Positions 25,597 to 41,152 of a stretch of 64,000 nt of DNA are shown one piece after another (positions within the stretch are counted from its first letter, which is position 1; every line of letters starts with the position of its first letter). The notes under the pieces are model-generated. The model worked only from the letters and a program-made list of their open reading frames with translations. It searched no databases and was not told the origin of the DNA. The translations under genes and the position numbers were made by a program. The DNA comes from Eledone cirrhosa (lineage: Eukaryota). The stretch lies in NCBI GenBank assembly GCA_964016885.1, contig OZ024742.1, positions 280,240,001-280,304,000 on the forward strand, in the 5' to 3' direction.

Positions 25597-26302
25597 ATTA
25601 AAATAACAAGAAGTATTATCGGCCAATACAAGCCGAAAACTCCGAAGAATATGGAGTGTACATACACTAAAGTATTGCAAGATTATGGGTAAAAATATAT
25701 AATAAAAATCACTAAGGAGGTGTATAACATTTAGAACCATATTACAAATATAGTCCAAAACAAAACAAACCTAGAGGTGGTTATATAGAGCGGGAATTAT
25801 ATATAATACTATATAATATAATATAATATAATATACTTGTAACAATATTAAAATTACAATAAAAATTAAAAGGTACAATATATATATGTATATATGTACG
25901 CACACGTACGCACATATACACATACATCAATACACATATCCATCTTCAACAGCACAAATTAAACCTTATTAAGAGTTTAAATATAAATAAGCATAATAGG
26001 AATAAAAATAATAATAATAATAATAATACGTATATCTAATACACATGAGGTAATAATATGATATGATTATAAGTAGCACATATAATATATAACAAACTAT
26101 ACAATTACATACTATATAATATAATATAATAGATAATCTCCGGTTAATTTACACAAACAATATAGATGTCAAAATAATACTATAATAATAATATAATAAC
26201 ATATATAATATATAATATATAATGGCATGCAAGTTAACAAATCAATTCATATAGAGTTACAGAGTAGGTGGGGAAAAAAATATAAATATATATATATATA
26301 TA

Positions 26303-26781
<479 letters not shown>

Positions 26782-27094
26782 CCATTGAATATATGAGAGG
26801 GATGAACACCGATATAAGTATACGTGTGTTCGAATTTCAAATGACCAAGTTATATATATATTCAATTGTATTATACGGCTCGGAAAGATTCCCTTCCATG
26901 AGCTATTTAATTGTAAAAGACTATTTTGAGTTTCTAACTCAATATATGATATATATATATGGGCGCGTGCGTGTGTGTGTATATATATATACGTATGTAT
27001 ATATAAACGTAATCAGAGTTTTTCGAATATTAATAATAGTATTCGATTCGATTATATTTCCACTAGCTCTGACAGTTGGCAGGTAAGAAGTATA

Positions 27095-27139
27095 CTGTAC
27101 TGATGAAGGGTAATCACCCAGCAATATTAGTGTCTGCAG
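27095..27139 (+). ncRNA. Degenerate hammerhead motif
   Basis: CTGTA-CTGATGA-aGGGTaatcACCCa-GCAA-TATTAGTG-TC-TGCAG; GAAA replaced by GCAA. Confidence 0.5.
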
Positions 27140-27311
27140 TTATGTTTACATGCCAACGCAAGATTAGGAATGATGGTTTCATTCTACTGACATGGTTTTA
27201 AAGAGGCTGTTTGCATAATTGCAAACGAATCGAATATTATTCCATTTATTGTATTCAGCCACGATACAATATTTGTTTGTTATATGTACCTATATATATA
27301 TTTATATATAA

Positions 27312-28225
27312 GTGTAAGTCCAAAGAATCATTAAATGAAATATATACAGTATTTCCTCTCCCAATCAGTTTTAATTAACTACACAAAAAAATCATTTAAA
27401 CGAGGCTATAAGTTTAAAATGTACTTATGAAGAAATAATAGACAAATGATACAGATTCTTTTCCGCGATGTACAGCCATATGACACTTACCTTATTATTT
27501 CTTTTAGCCTGTAGAAATTGTTAACTACTAGACAAATAGTTAACTACACGGAATTAGGTAGAAAATAGAAGTTTGAAGAAAAAATGCACATACATTTTAC
27601 CAGAATTTTCATAGTCTCTACCAACCGGTGGTTTCGTTCCATTTTTTGGATATACCCGGTCTTGGATTAATCCATGAGGCTCGAAACTGATCAGGAGATA
27701 CTCCAAACAGGACTAAGATTCCTCTACCATGATCCCCGACAGAAATAAATTCAAAATGGCTAAGAATCATCAGGTGGCCAGTGGTCAAGGCAGAAAGTTT
27801 GTGATTGGTGCCTGTCGGCGAGTAGGCTGGTTGCTAGAAAACGCAGCGGAATACTGCCTAAAGTTTTACTCAACCTTGCGGGAGTATATATTAAATTCAA
27901 GGGGTATATATATATAATTAGACAAAGCCACAGATACATATATGTGTTTCGAAACCATTCACGGTGGGGCTCAATGAAAAATTAATTAAATAATTATAAA
28001 TCAGAGCAATATATAAAAATGTAAGTCCAAAGAATCATTAGATAAAATATATACAGTAAATTCCTCTCCCAATCATTATAAATTAACCACACAAAAAATC
28101 ATTTAAACGAGGTTATAATTTTAAAATGTACTTATGAAGAAATAATAGACAAATGATACAGATTCTTTTCTGCGATGTTCAGCCATATGACATCTAATTA
28201 TTTATTTTAGCCTGTAGAAATTGAC
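27312..28225 (-). mobile_element. Non-coding partial tandem element (unit ~707 bp) with an HHR motif at ~27615-27697
   Basis: 27312-27530 repeated at 28019-28225; homolog at 49790-50495; minus strand CTC-CTGATCA...GAAA-CCACCGGTTGG-TA-GAG. Confidence 0.7.
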
Positions 28226-28227
28226 TA

Positions 28228-28289
<62 letters not shown>

Positions 28290-28504
28290 TTATTATCGAG
28301 CCCTCTTTGGATTTTAGTCTTCAAATTTATTATTATTACTATATACATATATATAAATATATATGGGATAACAAGTTATCGTTATAGGTAATCCAGTTAG
28401 AGGTTGTGAGTACTCCGCGTCGTGGATAGTTTTAACGTACGGCTTTGTTTGTCTCAACAAGATGTTTCCATAGTTATGCAGAGAGATCGCGGTAATTTCT
28501 ATGC

Positions 28505-29511
<1,007 letters not shown>

Positions 29512-30233
29512 CATGTTGTTTCTGATCGAGGCGAAGGGAGATTGTATTTGAATTCATATAAAAACGAGAAAATACCTACAGAAAAGCCTTTAAAACAGCC
29601 AAATGCTGCCAATGACAGCGAGGGGCGAAAACGCCTCAGAGGAGAGAGAGACCAGTGACCATTTCTCGGCAGAGAGACAACCAGGGACGTGAAAGACATA
29701 GTGATGAAATATAGAAACTATTGAAAGAGGAAGTGACAAGGAGAAGTGTTTTGCCACATAGTAGTGACTGGAGGAATGGAATAAAGAAAGGCAACGTACA
29801 AGTCAAATTCACACACTTCCCCAACCTCATCAGCTCTCAAACCAACAAATTTGTTATATCATCATTACTAATACATTTTTAATTCCGTGTTTAGACTTCC
29901 ATGAAATTTTAAAGATTTCCCAACTGTATTTAAATTTGTTTACGTTTTCGGAATTGAGATATTTGGACATGTGTTTAGTAAATATTTATGTTATTTATGT
30001 TGTTTAAGTGATTTTTAAAAGATCAATACAGCAGAAATGAATATTCCTGATGTATTGATGAATACGTTCGTAAATCAATTAAATAATTTAAAGTAATTTA
30101 ATCCTGGTTATTTTTATTAATTTAAATATACACCCTTACATCCAGACACAAACACGTACGTAAACACACACGTACGTAAACACACACACACATAAACACA
30201 CACACGCGTAATTACAAGACACATAACCCCCCC

Positions 30234-30294
<61 letters not shown>

Positions 30295-30758
30295 CAAAAG
30301 TAATTAACAGAGCCAGAAACTCGCGTTAGTCCCTGTAATTCATGAGCTCAAAGGAAAAAGAATCTTGATATATCGCTCCTAATAATGGTTTCTCTCTGTG
30401 TGTTTGTCGAGCACCTTAATTTGAGAGGTTTCGGGCTGCCATTTCTATCCGCTCATCCCATTCACACCACTAGTCTACCTCTCGTACATGCAATTCCTTC
30501 TCCCACGTGTTGCAAGTCAGTTACTTTAAGTTTTCTTAGAGATGTCAGGAATGTATACACGTATCACACGCTGATGAACCTAACATTGATTTCTGGCGAA
30601 ACATGATTTCTGAGTTTGTACGTGTGTGATATATAGTTATAAAGGTAGGATTTTTCATTTTAGTTTATCTTTTTAATCATAGTATATCTACCTCACCTTT
30701 CTTAGTTTATAAGTTCCCAGTAACTTGATAAACACACATTCTCTCTCGTGTATTTTCT

Positions 30759-30799
<41 letters not shown>

Positions 30800-30851
30800 C
30801 ATACAGCATACATACATACGTACATACATGCACGCATGCATACATATATGG

Positions 30852-31125
30852 GGGTGGCTGCCAACTCGTTTTCGAGTAAGGCCACTACATTATATCCATG
30901 TAGGAGAACCCCTACCGATGCGCTGCACGAGTGTCACTTTTTAGTCCAGCCAGCGACTTGAAAACTCTGGTACAAACATACACTTGTGAGAATTATTGAC
31001 ACATAGTGCTGGGCCCATGGTACCATGTGACAACAAGTGCAGAGAGATCTCCAGATATATAGCAATGCCTGTGCCGTGAAGCTTTTATAGTGAGCAAAGG
31101 CACTGCACAAAGCCAGTCCCACTCT
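30852..31125 (-). mobile_element. 5'-truncated copy of the RTE-derived element
   Basis: Matches the first ~275 bp (+ strand) of the array unit; embedded in (CATA)n-like repeats. Confidence 0.85.
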
Positions 31126-31274
31126 CATACATATATACATACATGCATACATACATGAATACATACATTCATACATACACACACAAACACACACACACAA
31201 ACACACATATATATATATATATATATATAGTTTTGCGAGGTTTTTGATATGAAATCGTGTGTCGAAACAAATAT

Positions 31275-31700
31275 TGTTATACTTGGCGCGGGTCATATTG
31301 TTGTAATAACATTGCCAGAATTAATAACAGAACACACTCACTGTTTGGTTGGTTTTCGCTTCTGTATCTTTATATCAGTTAATTTAATTTATTCGGTCCT
31401 CAATGTGTACCATTGACTGACCAACGGTCAAAAATACAGATATAATATAGACACAAACACATATATATAGTCTAACAAAGTTTTTTCGATGCACATCTGC
31501 AACATCGCCAGTGGTGCTATTATGTTTCCTCCTGTTAATTGTTTTATTTATTTATTTGTGTTTTCGTCTCTGCGCATGGTAAACATTGAGGACCGAATAA
31601 ATTAAATTAACTGATATGAAAGATACAGAAGCGAAAACCAACCAAACAATGAGTCTGTTCTGCTATTAATTCTGGCAATATTATTACACCAATATAACCC
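31275..31700. repeat. Inverted repeat, arms ~31298-31405 / 31584-31695
   Basis: ATTGCCAGAATTAATAACAGAACA...GGTCCTCAATG mirrored by CATTGAGGACC...TTAATTCTGGCAAT. Confidence 0.8.
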
Positions 31701-31710
31701 TCCCCAACTA

Positions 31711-31745
<35 letters not shown>

Positions 31746-32103
31746 ATATAGGCTAAGGTATTTTTCCATAATGACTGTCTGGACATACATATTTTTCACA
31801 AAATACTTGTACCAAACCTTCTTCTCACTCTTTATAATTCTATTTCATCTTTTACTTCTCATTATATCTTTTGATGAATGACTAGTGTCCGAAACGTCAC
31901 GACTATTTTCCTGTTATATCAAGCGTTAAACTAATGTTTCTTCAACAATATACAGTGTGGTTTGCTTTGTTAATTCTGTTTAATATTTGCAATATATATA
32001 TATATATATATATAAATGTAGGAGGTGAGTTTTATTGTAGTACAATAAAGCAATGCAGATATCGGATAAGAAGCACTCTACAGTTTGTGGGACTGGAGTA
32101 TGC

Positions 32104-32428
32104 ATAATATAAGATCAAAAGATGGTTAAAGGAGTTCAATATATTTTATTATGCGCATTTCAAAAACAAACATCATTAAACAATAATATTTGTGTTTTCA
32201 TCAGATAAAACAGGAGAACATGATATGAAGGCTAAAAAAAACACTTGTTGATAGTGCAGTTTTGATATGTTGATTTAAAACTGCACTATCAACAAGTGTT
32301 TTTTTTAGCCTTCATATCATGTTCTCCTGTTTTATCTGATGAAAACACAAATATTATTGTTTAATGATGTTTGTTTTTGAAATGCGCATAATAAAATATA
32401 TTGAACTCCTTTAACCATCTTTTGATCT

Positions 32429-32436
<8 letters not shown>
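32104..32436. repeat. Near-perfect palindrome (~160-bp arms, 13-nt loop) with an intact HHR in each arm
   Basis: + HHR 32332-32394: TTAT-CTGATGA-stem II-GAAA-TGCGCA-TA-ATAA; mirror at 32147-32209 (-). Confidence 0.9.
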
Positions 32437-32488
<52 letters not shown>

Positions 32489-33179
32489 GTGTATAAGTGT
32501 GTGTTTGTGTGTGTGTGAGAGTACATACATCGTGCTTGTATTTAATTACTGACAATTAGAAGGATATTCACATCAGATATCTCATTATTCTCAACTTTGC
32601 CATGAAACGCAATGAAACTAATCACCAATTAAGAGAAAACTCCTGATTAATAACATCTTAGACCTCAATCAACTGATGCTAATTTTCCCGCTAATTTTGT
32701 TTAAAAGAAAACAAATCACATCCTGCGAGTCCATTAATGATATTTATAATGGCGGCCAAAAGGGATTTGATACACTCCTCTCATACGTAGTAAGGTAATC
32801 TATTATTGTTTTATGGAGAGTCACGTATGACCAAGACAAAGGGATTAACGAGAATATGATGGAGCTTGTACGAGATCGCCATTCCCGCTAGAAATAGCAG
32901 GCAAATTGTCTGTCATACTAAATAAGAAAAGGATATATTTAGTAACACTTTTGGTAGAAAACTACCCGAAATGCCTTCGCTTCTAAGATTAAACCATAAT
33001 TCATATAACTGCAGTGATATTTTTTCTCTCTGTATTCTGCTCTATACTTTTGATGAAGTCTTGGTGACGTTGAGTGACTTGAGCTTTTAAAACATGGGGG
33101 AGGATATCCCACGCCAGGTTTGAACGATAAATAATATTTTCTGATAGAATGAGGGAGAAAAATTGACAGCAATGTTTGC

Positions 33180-33255
<76 letters not shown>

Positions 33256-33754
33256 AAGAAATAGAGAGAGAGAGGGGTGAGAGAGAGACAGACAGACAGA
33301 GATAGAGAGATAGAGATAGACAGGGCGGAGAGAAACGGTGATAAAGAAAAGAAAGAAAGGGCGAAAGAGTGACAGAGAGAGCAAGAAAGAAAAATAAATC
33401 CCAGTAGTGAATTAGTACTTCTTTTATCGACCTGGACAGATTCAAAGATAAAATTAGCCTGGGCTGATACGCGGAAGAAATACTTCGAAGCATTCGATCC
33501 AATTCTGCCAACTTGCTGCGTATTGTTTCATATAATTTATCTTAAAATACCCTGTTTAATACTTCTTCATATATATTTTTCATTTCATGTGTGCCTGCAT
33601 TGACCAATTTCCTAAATAGCCCACCAGTCAAACATTATATGTTGTGATATCTTGAGTGACTTCATTTTCATTATTGTATGTATATACTTATTTATATATG
33701 TATGTATAAGTGTATACTAATATAGTATTTAGAATATATATATATATATTTATT

Positions 33755-34385
33755 GTTATGCTTTGGGAGGGTCATGTTGCCAATAAGAAACACACGCACT
33801 AGTTGCTTTCACTCCAATTTATTATAAATTAAATTTATAAATTTAAGTATTTATAAATTTCCGGTTGGTTGGTTGGTTCCATAAACGGACGGTTGTTCAT
33901 ATATTGTCAAAGTCCTTTCGTCACACATTATGTGACCTCTTCAATGACTGGGGATTATTTTCTTTTTTTTTGATTTTGTGCCTCTCCTTTGTTCTATCCT
34001 ACGCCATTATGTTTTTGTGTGTGCTGCGTGCTTAGTTTGCGCATGTCTTACATCCGGATGTCTGTGTGTGTTTATATTTGTTTATTTATTTGTTTATTTA
34101 CATGTTACTTGTTGTTTGTTCTATGTGTTTTTGCATTTTGTCCTTAATTGTAAGTTTTGATGTTGCTATTCCATTCATATTTTCTATTTAATTTTGAATA
34201 GGTCGCAGAATGTGAGACGAAAGAACTTTGACAATATATGAACAACCGTCCGGTTATGGAGCCAACCACCCAACCGGAAATTTATAAATTCTTAAATTTA
34301 TAAATTTTATTTATAATAAATTGGAATGAAAGCATCTGGTGCATGTGTTTCTTATTGGCAACATGAAGCTCCCAAAGCATAACAA
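33755..34385. repeat. Inverted repeat with HHR (~33907-33948, -)
   Basis: Minus strand GTCA-TTGAAGA-gGTCACAtaatgTGTGAC-GAAA-GGAC-TT-TGAC; mirrored arm at 34195-34385. Confidence 0.75.
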
Positions 34386-34729
34386 TATCGGTTTCAACAC
34401 ACGTTTTCAGATAAAGAATCTTGCTAAACAAATTCAGAAACGAAATATATATATATATACATACATACATACATACACTCACAAACTCTCACACACACAG
34501 ATAGCCGCGCACAGACATATATACAAGTATTATTTTGTCCTGACATATGGATGACACATCAGCAAGGAAATATGGCGCCCCGCCGTTGTAGCTATTTCAC
34601 TTTAGAGATTAAGCAACACACACACAGCCGTACGTACACTATACATAGAGACATTCATGATACACCCATATATATATATGTATATACATACCAATATATA
34701 TATATATATATATACATATATCAATATAT

Positions 34730-34761
<32 letters not shown>

Positions 34762-34877
34762 TTCCATACATACATGCATACATATATGCACGTACATACA
34801 TGCACGCATGCATACATACATATATACATACATTCATATAAACATACATACATACATACATACATACATACATACAT

Positions 34878-37800
34878 GGTGGCTGCCAACTCGTTTTCGA
34901 GTACGGCCACTACTTTATATCCATGTAGGAGAACCCCTACCGATGCGCTGAACGAGTGTGACTTTTTAGTCCAGCCAGTGACTTGAAAACTCTGGTACAA
35001 ACACTACACTTGTGACAATTACTGACACATAGTGCTGGGCCCATGGTACCATGTGACGACAAGTGCAGAGAGATCTCCAGATATAAAGCAATGCCTGTGC
35101 CGTGAAGCTTTTATAGTGAGCAAAGGCACTGCACAAAGCCAGTCCCACTCTCTTAACCAAGATGATATTTACCAAAAAGAAGAACAAGTCAACATCATTG
35201 GATACCATCAGGGTTGCAGGTGTTATATCAGAGTTTTCCTTCTCCTAGAATTCTGCCTTGACAAAGGCTAAGGGGTCATCTCTCCCGGTGATTTTGGATG
35301 GCCATTGACTCTTAAGAGCTCCTTTGCCCTTTGACAGGTTTTGTTTTTAGTCCTGCAGGATGTCCAAAGTCACCCTCCTCACCAAGAAACCTTGGTGGGT
35401 TTGCCAGTTTAGTCGCCAACGACCCGACTATGGGACAGGTTGTACTGGGATACATGTTACCAGTAGCACCAACTGGTGACCTGACATAACATACATAACA
35501 TAAATACATACATACATACATACATACATACATACATACATACATACATACATACATACATACATACATACATACATACATACATACATACATACATACA
35601 TACATACATGGTGGCTGCCAACTCGTTTTCGAGTACGGCCACTACTTTATATCCATGTAGGAGAACCCCTACCGATGCGCTGAACGAGTGTGACTTTTTA
35701 GTCCAGCCAGTGACTTGAAAACTCTGGTACAAACACTACACTTGTGACAATTACTGACACATAGTGCTGGGCCCATGGTACCATGTGACGACAAGTGCAG
35801 AGAGATCTCCAGATATAAAGCAATGCCTGTGCCGTGAAGCTTTTATAGTGAGCAAAGGCACTGCACAAAGCCAGTCCCACTCTCTTAACCAAGATGATAT
35901 TTACCAAAAAGAAGAACAAGTCAACATCATTGGATACCATCAGGGTTGCAGGTGTTATATCAGAGTTTTCCTTCTCCTAGAATTCTGCCTTGACAAAGGC
36001 TAAGGGGTCATCTCTCCCGGTGATTTTGGATGGCCATTGACTCTTAAGAGCTCCTTTGCCCTTTGACAGGTTTTGTTTTTAGTCCTGCAGGATGTCCAAA
36101 GTCACCCTCCTCACCAAGAAACCTTGGTGGGTTTGCCAGTTTAGTCGCCAACAACCCGACCATGGGACAGGTTGTACTGGGATACATGTTACCAGTAGCA
36201 CCAACTGGTGACCTGACATAACATACATAACATACATACATACATACATACATACATACATACATACATACATACATACATACATACATACATACATACA
36301 TACATACATGGTGGCTGCCAACTCGTTTTCGAGTACGGCCACTACTTTATATCCATGTAGGAGAACCCCTACCGATGCGCTGAACGAGTGTGACTTTTTA
36401 GTCCAGCCAGTGACTTGAAAACTCTGGTACAAACACTACACCTGTGACAATTACTGACACATAGTGCTGGGCCCATGGTACCATGTGACGACAAGTGCAG
36501 AGAGATCTCCAGATATAAAGCAATGCCTGTGCCGTGAAGCTTTTATAGTGAGCAAAGGCACTGCACAAAGCCAGTCCCACTCTCTTAACCAAGATGATAT
36601 TTACCAAAAAGAAGAACAAGTCAACATCATTGGATACCATCAGGGTTGCAGGTGTTATATCAGAGTCTTCCTTCTCCTAGAATTCTGCCTTGACAAAGGC
36701 TAAGGGGTCATCTCTCCTGGTGATTTTGGATGGCCATTGACTCTTAAGAGCTCCTTTGCCCTTTGACAGGTTTTGTTTTTAGTCCTGCAGGATGTCCAAA
36801 GTCACCCTCCTCACCAAGAAACCTTGGTGGGTTTGCCAGTTTAGTCGCCAACGACCCGACCATGGGACAGGTTGTACTGGGATACATGTTACCAGTAGCA
36901 CCAACTGGTGACCTGACATAACATACATAACATACATACATACATACATACATACATACATACATACATACATACATACATACATACATACATACATACA
37001 TACATACATACATACATACATACATACATACATACATACATGGTGGCTGCCAACTCGTTTTCGAGTACGGCCACTACTTTATATCCATGTAGGAGAACCC
37101 CTACCGATGCGCTGAACGAGTGTGACTTTTTAGTCCAGCCAGTGACTTGAAAACTCTGGTACAAACACTACACCTGTGACAATTACTGACACATAGTGCT
37201 GGGCCCATGGTACCATGTGACGACAAGTGCAGAGAGATCTCCAGATATAAAGCAATGCCTGTGCCGTGAAGCTTTTATAGTGAGCAAAGGCACTGCACAA
37301 AGCCAGTCCCACTCTCTTAACCAAGATGATATTTACCAAAAAGAAGAACAAGTCAACATCATTGGATACCATCAGGGTTGCAGGTGTTATATCAGAGTTT
37401 TCCTTCTCCTAGAATTCTGCCTTGACAAAGGCTAAGGGGTCATCTCTCCCGGTGATTTTGGATGGCCATTGACTCTTAAGAGCTCCTTTGCCCTTTGACA
37501 GGTTTTGTTTTTAGTCCTGCAGGATGTCCAAAGTCACCCTCCTCACCAAGAAACCTTGGTGGGTTTGCCAGTTTAGTCGCCAACGACCCGACCATGGGAC
37601 AGGTTGTACTGGGATACATGTTACCAGTAGCACCAACTGGTGACCTGACATAACATACATAACATACATACATACATACATACATACATACATACATACA
37701 TACATACATACATACATACATACATACATACATACATACATACATACATACATGGTGGCTGCCAACTCGTTTTCGAGTACGGCCACTACTTTATATCCAT

Positions 37801-38320
37801 GTAGGAGAACCCCTACCGATGCGCTGAACGAGTGTGACTTTTTAGTCCAGCCAGTGACTTGAAAACTCTGGTACAAACACTACACTTGTGACAATTACTG
37901 ACACATAGTGCTGGGCCCATGGTACCATGTGACGACAAGTGCAGAGAGATCTCCAGATATAAAGCAATGCCTGTGCCGTGAAGCTTTTATAGTGAGCAAA
38001 GGCACTGCACAAAGCCAGTCCCACTCTCTTAACCAAGATGATATTTACCAAAAAGAAGAACAAGTCAACATCATTGGATACCATCAGGGTTGCAGGTGTT
38101 ATATCAGAGTTTTCCTTCTCCTAGAATTCTGCCTTGACAAAGGCTAAGGGGTCATCTCTCCCGGTGATTTTGGATGGCCATTGACTCTTAAGAGCTCCTT
38201 TGCCCTTTGACAGGTTTTGTTTTTAGTCCTGCAGGATGTCCAAAGTCACCCTCCTCACCAAGAAACCTTGGTGGGTTTGCCAGTTTAGTCGCCAACGACC
38301 CGACCATGGGACAGGTTGTA
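34878..38320 (-). mobile_element. Tandem array of 5 near-identical ~608-bp bipartite non-autonomous RTE-derived elements separated by (CATA)n
   Basis: Unit starts (+) at 34878, 35610, 36310, 37042, 37754; minus strand has the RTE 5'UTR-like motif CTAGGAGAAGGAAAACTCTGAT and a C2H2 finger CSVCTRVFKSLAGLKSHTRSAH before the (ATGT)n tail. Confidence 0.8.
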
Positions 38321-39430
38321 CATACATACATACATACATACATACATACACACACACATACATATATACATACATACATACATACATATATAAATATATA
38401 TATATATGTAATATAGTATATACTTCAATATACTTCAATCAATCCCGGTTCGAGCTGTATAAATGATATATATACATATATATATATACATATATATACA
38501 TACATATATAAATATATATATGGACAAAAAAAATTTGAGAAAATCTCATATAATTGACATCTTGGTGCCTTTCTGTGGTTAACCAAATGAAAAATTCTCC
38601 TTTTTTTTCCATCTTTACGCCCAAAACTAAAGCGTTACGTTGAGAACATATAGAGATGTGTGACTAAATATATTATTAGAAAATAAAAATATAAAAATGG
38701 TGAAAAATATATGGAGGAATTTTGCTCAAACTACTGTTTATCATTTTGTTACAGTTATTTTCTTGTCGCCGAATGCTTTCAGCATGAAATTTGTCGACAC
38801 TATCTAGACAACACTTTATTGTTTATCCTTCTGGAGCGAGTTCTGTCCCTTCGTTATTCTTCATCTAAGCAATTATATAATACTAAGTTACACTTTTTTT
38901 CGTTTATCGCCATGTTGCCTATTACGACTAATTTTGCTGATGTGGAAGAAAATATATGCTCTATAACTCATCATATATTTTGTCTATGACAATCTTATAA
39001 TGCAATTATTTAGTTGTTCCCTCTGGGAAAGTAAGTCGGAATGTATATTTAACTCAATGTGCAATGATATAAACGAAACGTACGGAGTTCCGCATTCATG
39101 TTTAAGAAAATAAAGCACGATTAAAGTTATAAAATATCGGCTTAGAGTAAAGTAAATAAGTATTTTGACATCGGAATATTTTTTGCCAATGTTATAAAAT
39201 GATTCTAATGAATATTCCATCAATGTTGAATATGCGCTTTCATTCGTTCTATTAAATGGACATCAACATCACGGGCGCTCTATCTCAAAATTATTTTTGA
39301 AAAGCATTAAAAATGCTCAACCGGTAGAAAATTAAAACTAAAACTGAATACTTATAACTAATTTATACTTATTCCTAATTCAACTATTTTTCACTGGGAA
39401 AAAAATTGTCAGCATTTTCTTTTCCTTCTA

Positions 39431-39495
<65 letters not shown>

Positions 39496-40622
39496 GATAT
39501 TAACAAATGGAAACAATATTTATAAAACCATATTTATTTTATTATACAAGGACACCACGTTAAATTATGGTGTGCTTTCATGAGACAAAATACAATATAG
39601 ATCAGTTTTATAAATAAATATTGACATACCCTTAAAAAATGCAACCATTACTGTTGGAAGCTCCCGGATAGTGGAGTTGTTTACTTATATTATTATTAGT
39701 ATTGGATATTTTTATTTTTAAAATAAGTCGTTGGATTACAGAGAAAGAAAAAGAAGGAGTGAGAGAGAAAGAGATAAAGAAAGAAAAAAGAAAAAAAGAA
39801 AAATTAGACAAAAGAGAGAGATACCAAAACAACAGAGCGAGAAAAATATAGAGATAGAGAGGAGACAGAGAGAAGGGGAGAGAACGAAAACACTAAGTCA
39901 TATCTTGTTGAGTTAACTTACCAATTGAGATGAAATGAATAAATAAAATTAGAAATGTTAATAATCATGAATGCAATATACATATATAATATAAGAAATT
40001 AGTCTTTGTTTAAATATGATTAGATGTTTAGTAAACCATTTAACAATTGAGATCAATATATTAAAAATGTGGGATCTATACATTAAGAAATCCATATATT
40101 GCTAGAGAACTAAATATCATATAACACGTACACACACGCAAAAATACATATAAATATATATACACACTTATAAAATACATACCATATCTAACTACGTATA
40201 TAATATATACACACAAAGCATAAAGGATTCTTTAATTTAATGTTATACACACTTTATGTAATTAAATAAAAATGTTTTAATATATATATATAAGATTAAC
40301 TGTTATGCATTTATGGCTGTTAATTATATGTCTATCTGTCAGGAATCATTGGGATAAACATTATACATAAGTGCAATCAAATTGTATGGATATACATGCT
40401 CATGTACATATATAATTCTCACATATACATACATATACATGTGTGTGTACCCTCAGCCAATAGGTAGACACGCATCATGCATACATATACATACATACAG
40501 ACATATATTAATAAAAACGCATTTGTTAATATCCTATGTTTAGTCCAAATACTTGTTGAGTGCTTTATATAAGTTATAAAAAATATTTGCTTGTTGTATC
40601 CCAACAATTTAAATAGAACTTT

Positions 40623-40684
<62 letters not shown>

Positions 40685-41118
40685 CCCATATAAACGGCTG
40701 TTATTTCTAGCGCTATAAATATGAGATAGCTAGTCAGCTGGAAAACCACGTGCGTTTGCGCTAGTGAACCAGACCTTCTAAATTATTTAGAGGTGAAGCA
40801 TCCTAATTTTTCTGGATACATGTTGAGAAGCACAGACAATTGAAATATTTCAATGTTTATACTATCATTGCCAAACTTATTTGGGTTTTGAAATTCAAAT
40901 TTATCTGCGGAACAGGTTTGGATTTTGAAATTTAAATTTGTCGAGTTATCACGGCTATTTGCCAATATGGGTTTGTTTTTATTGATTTATTATTTTAAAT
41001 CGAGACAGGCAAACTATATTTTATTTGAATTAGTTTATTTCATTCTAGCTAACTTCGTCTTTTGCAATACAAACACTTTTCTGTTTATCATATATTAATT
41101 TATATTAACTTGTATATA

Positions 41119-41147
<29 letters not shown>

Positions 41148-41152
<5 letters not shown>

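Larger units (their letters stand above)
20953..26270 (-). mobile_element. Near-complete Naiad-type Penelope-like element with direct pseudo-LTRs
   Basis: Direct repeats 20953-21585 and 25509-26270, each with an HHR; RT plus C-terminal GIY-YIG; flanked by (TA)n. Confidence 0.85.

Noticed and set aside
30560-31905. Additional hammerhead-like motifs at ~30568-30606 and ~31871-31900 (also ~6222-6260 and ~44005-44050)
   Set aside because: Core fragments are present but stems I or III are broken; probably decayed HHRs, not called
34878-38320. CRISPR-like array, or coding ORFs within the repeat
   Set aside because: Units are ~600 bp and near-identical with microsatellite spacers, with no unique spacers or cas genes; the ORFs are short and repeat-derived
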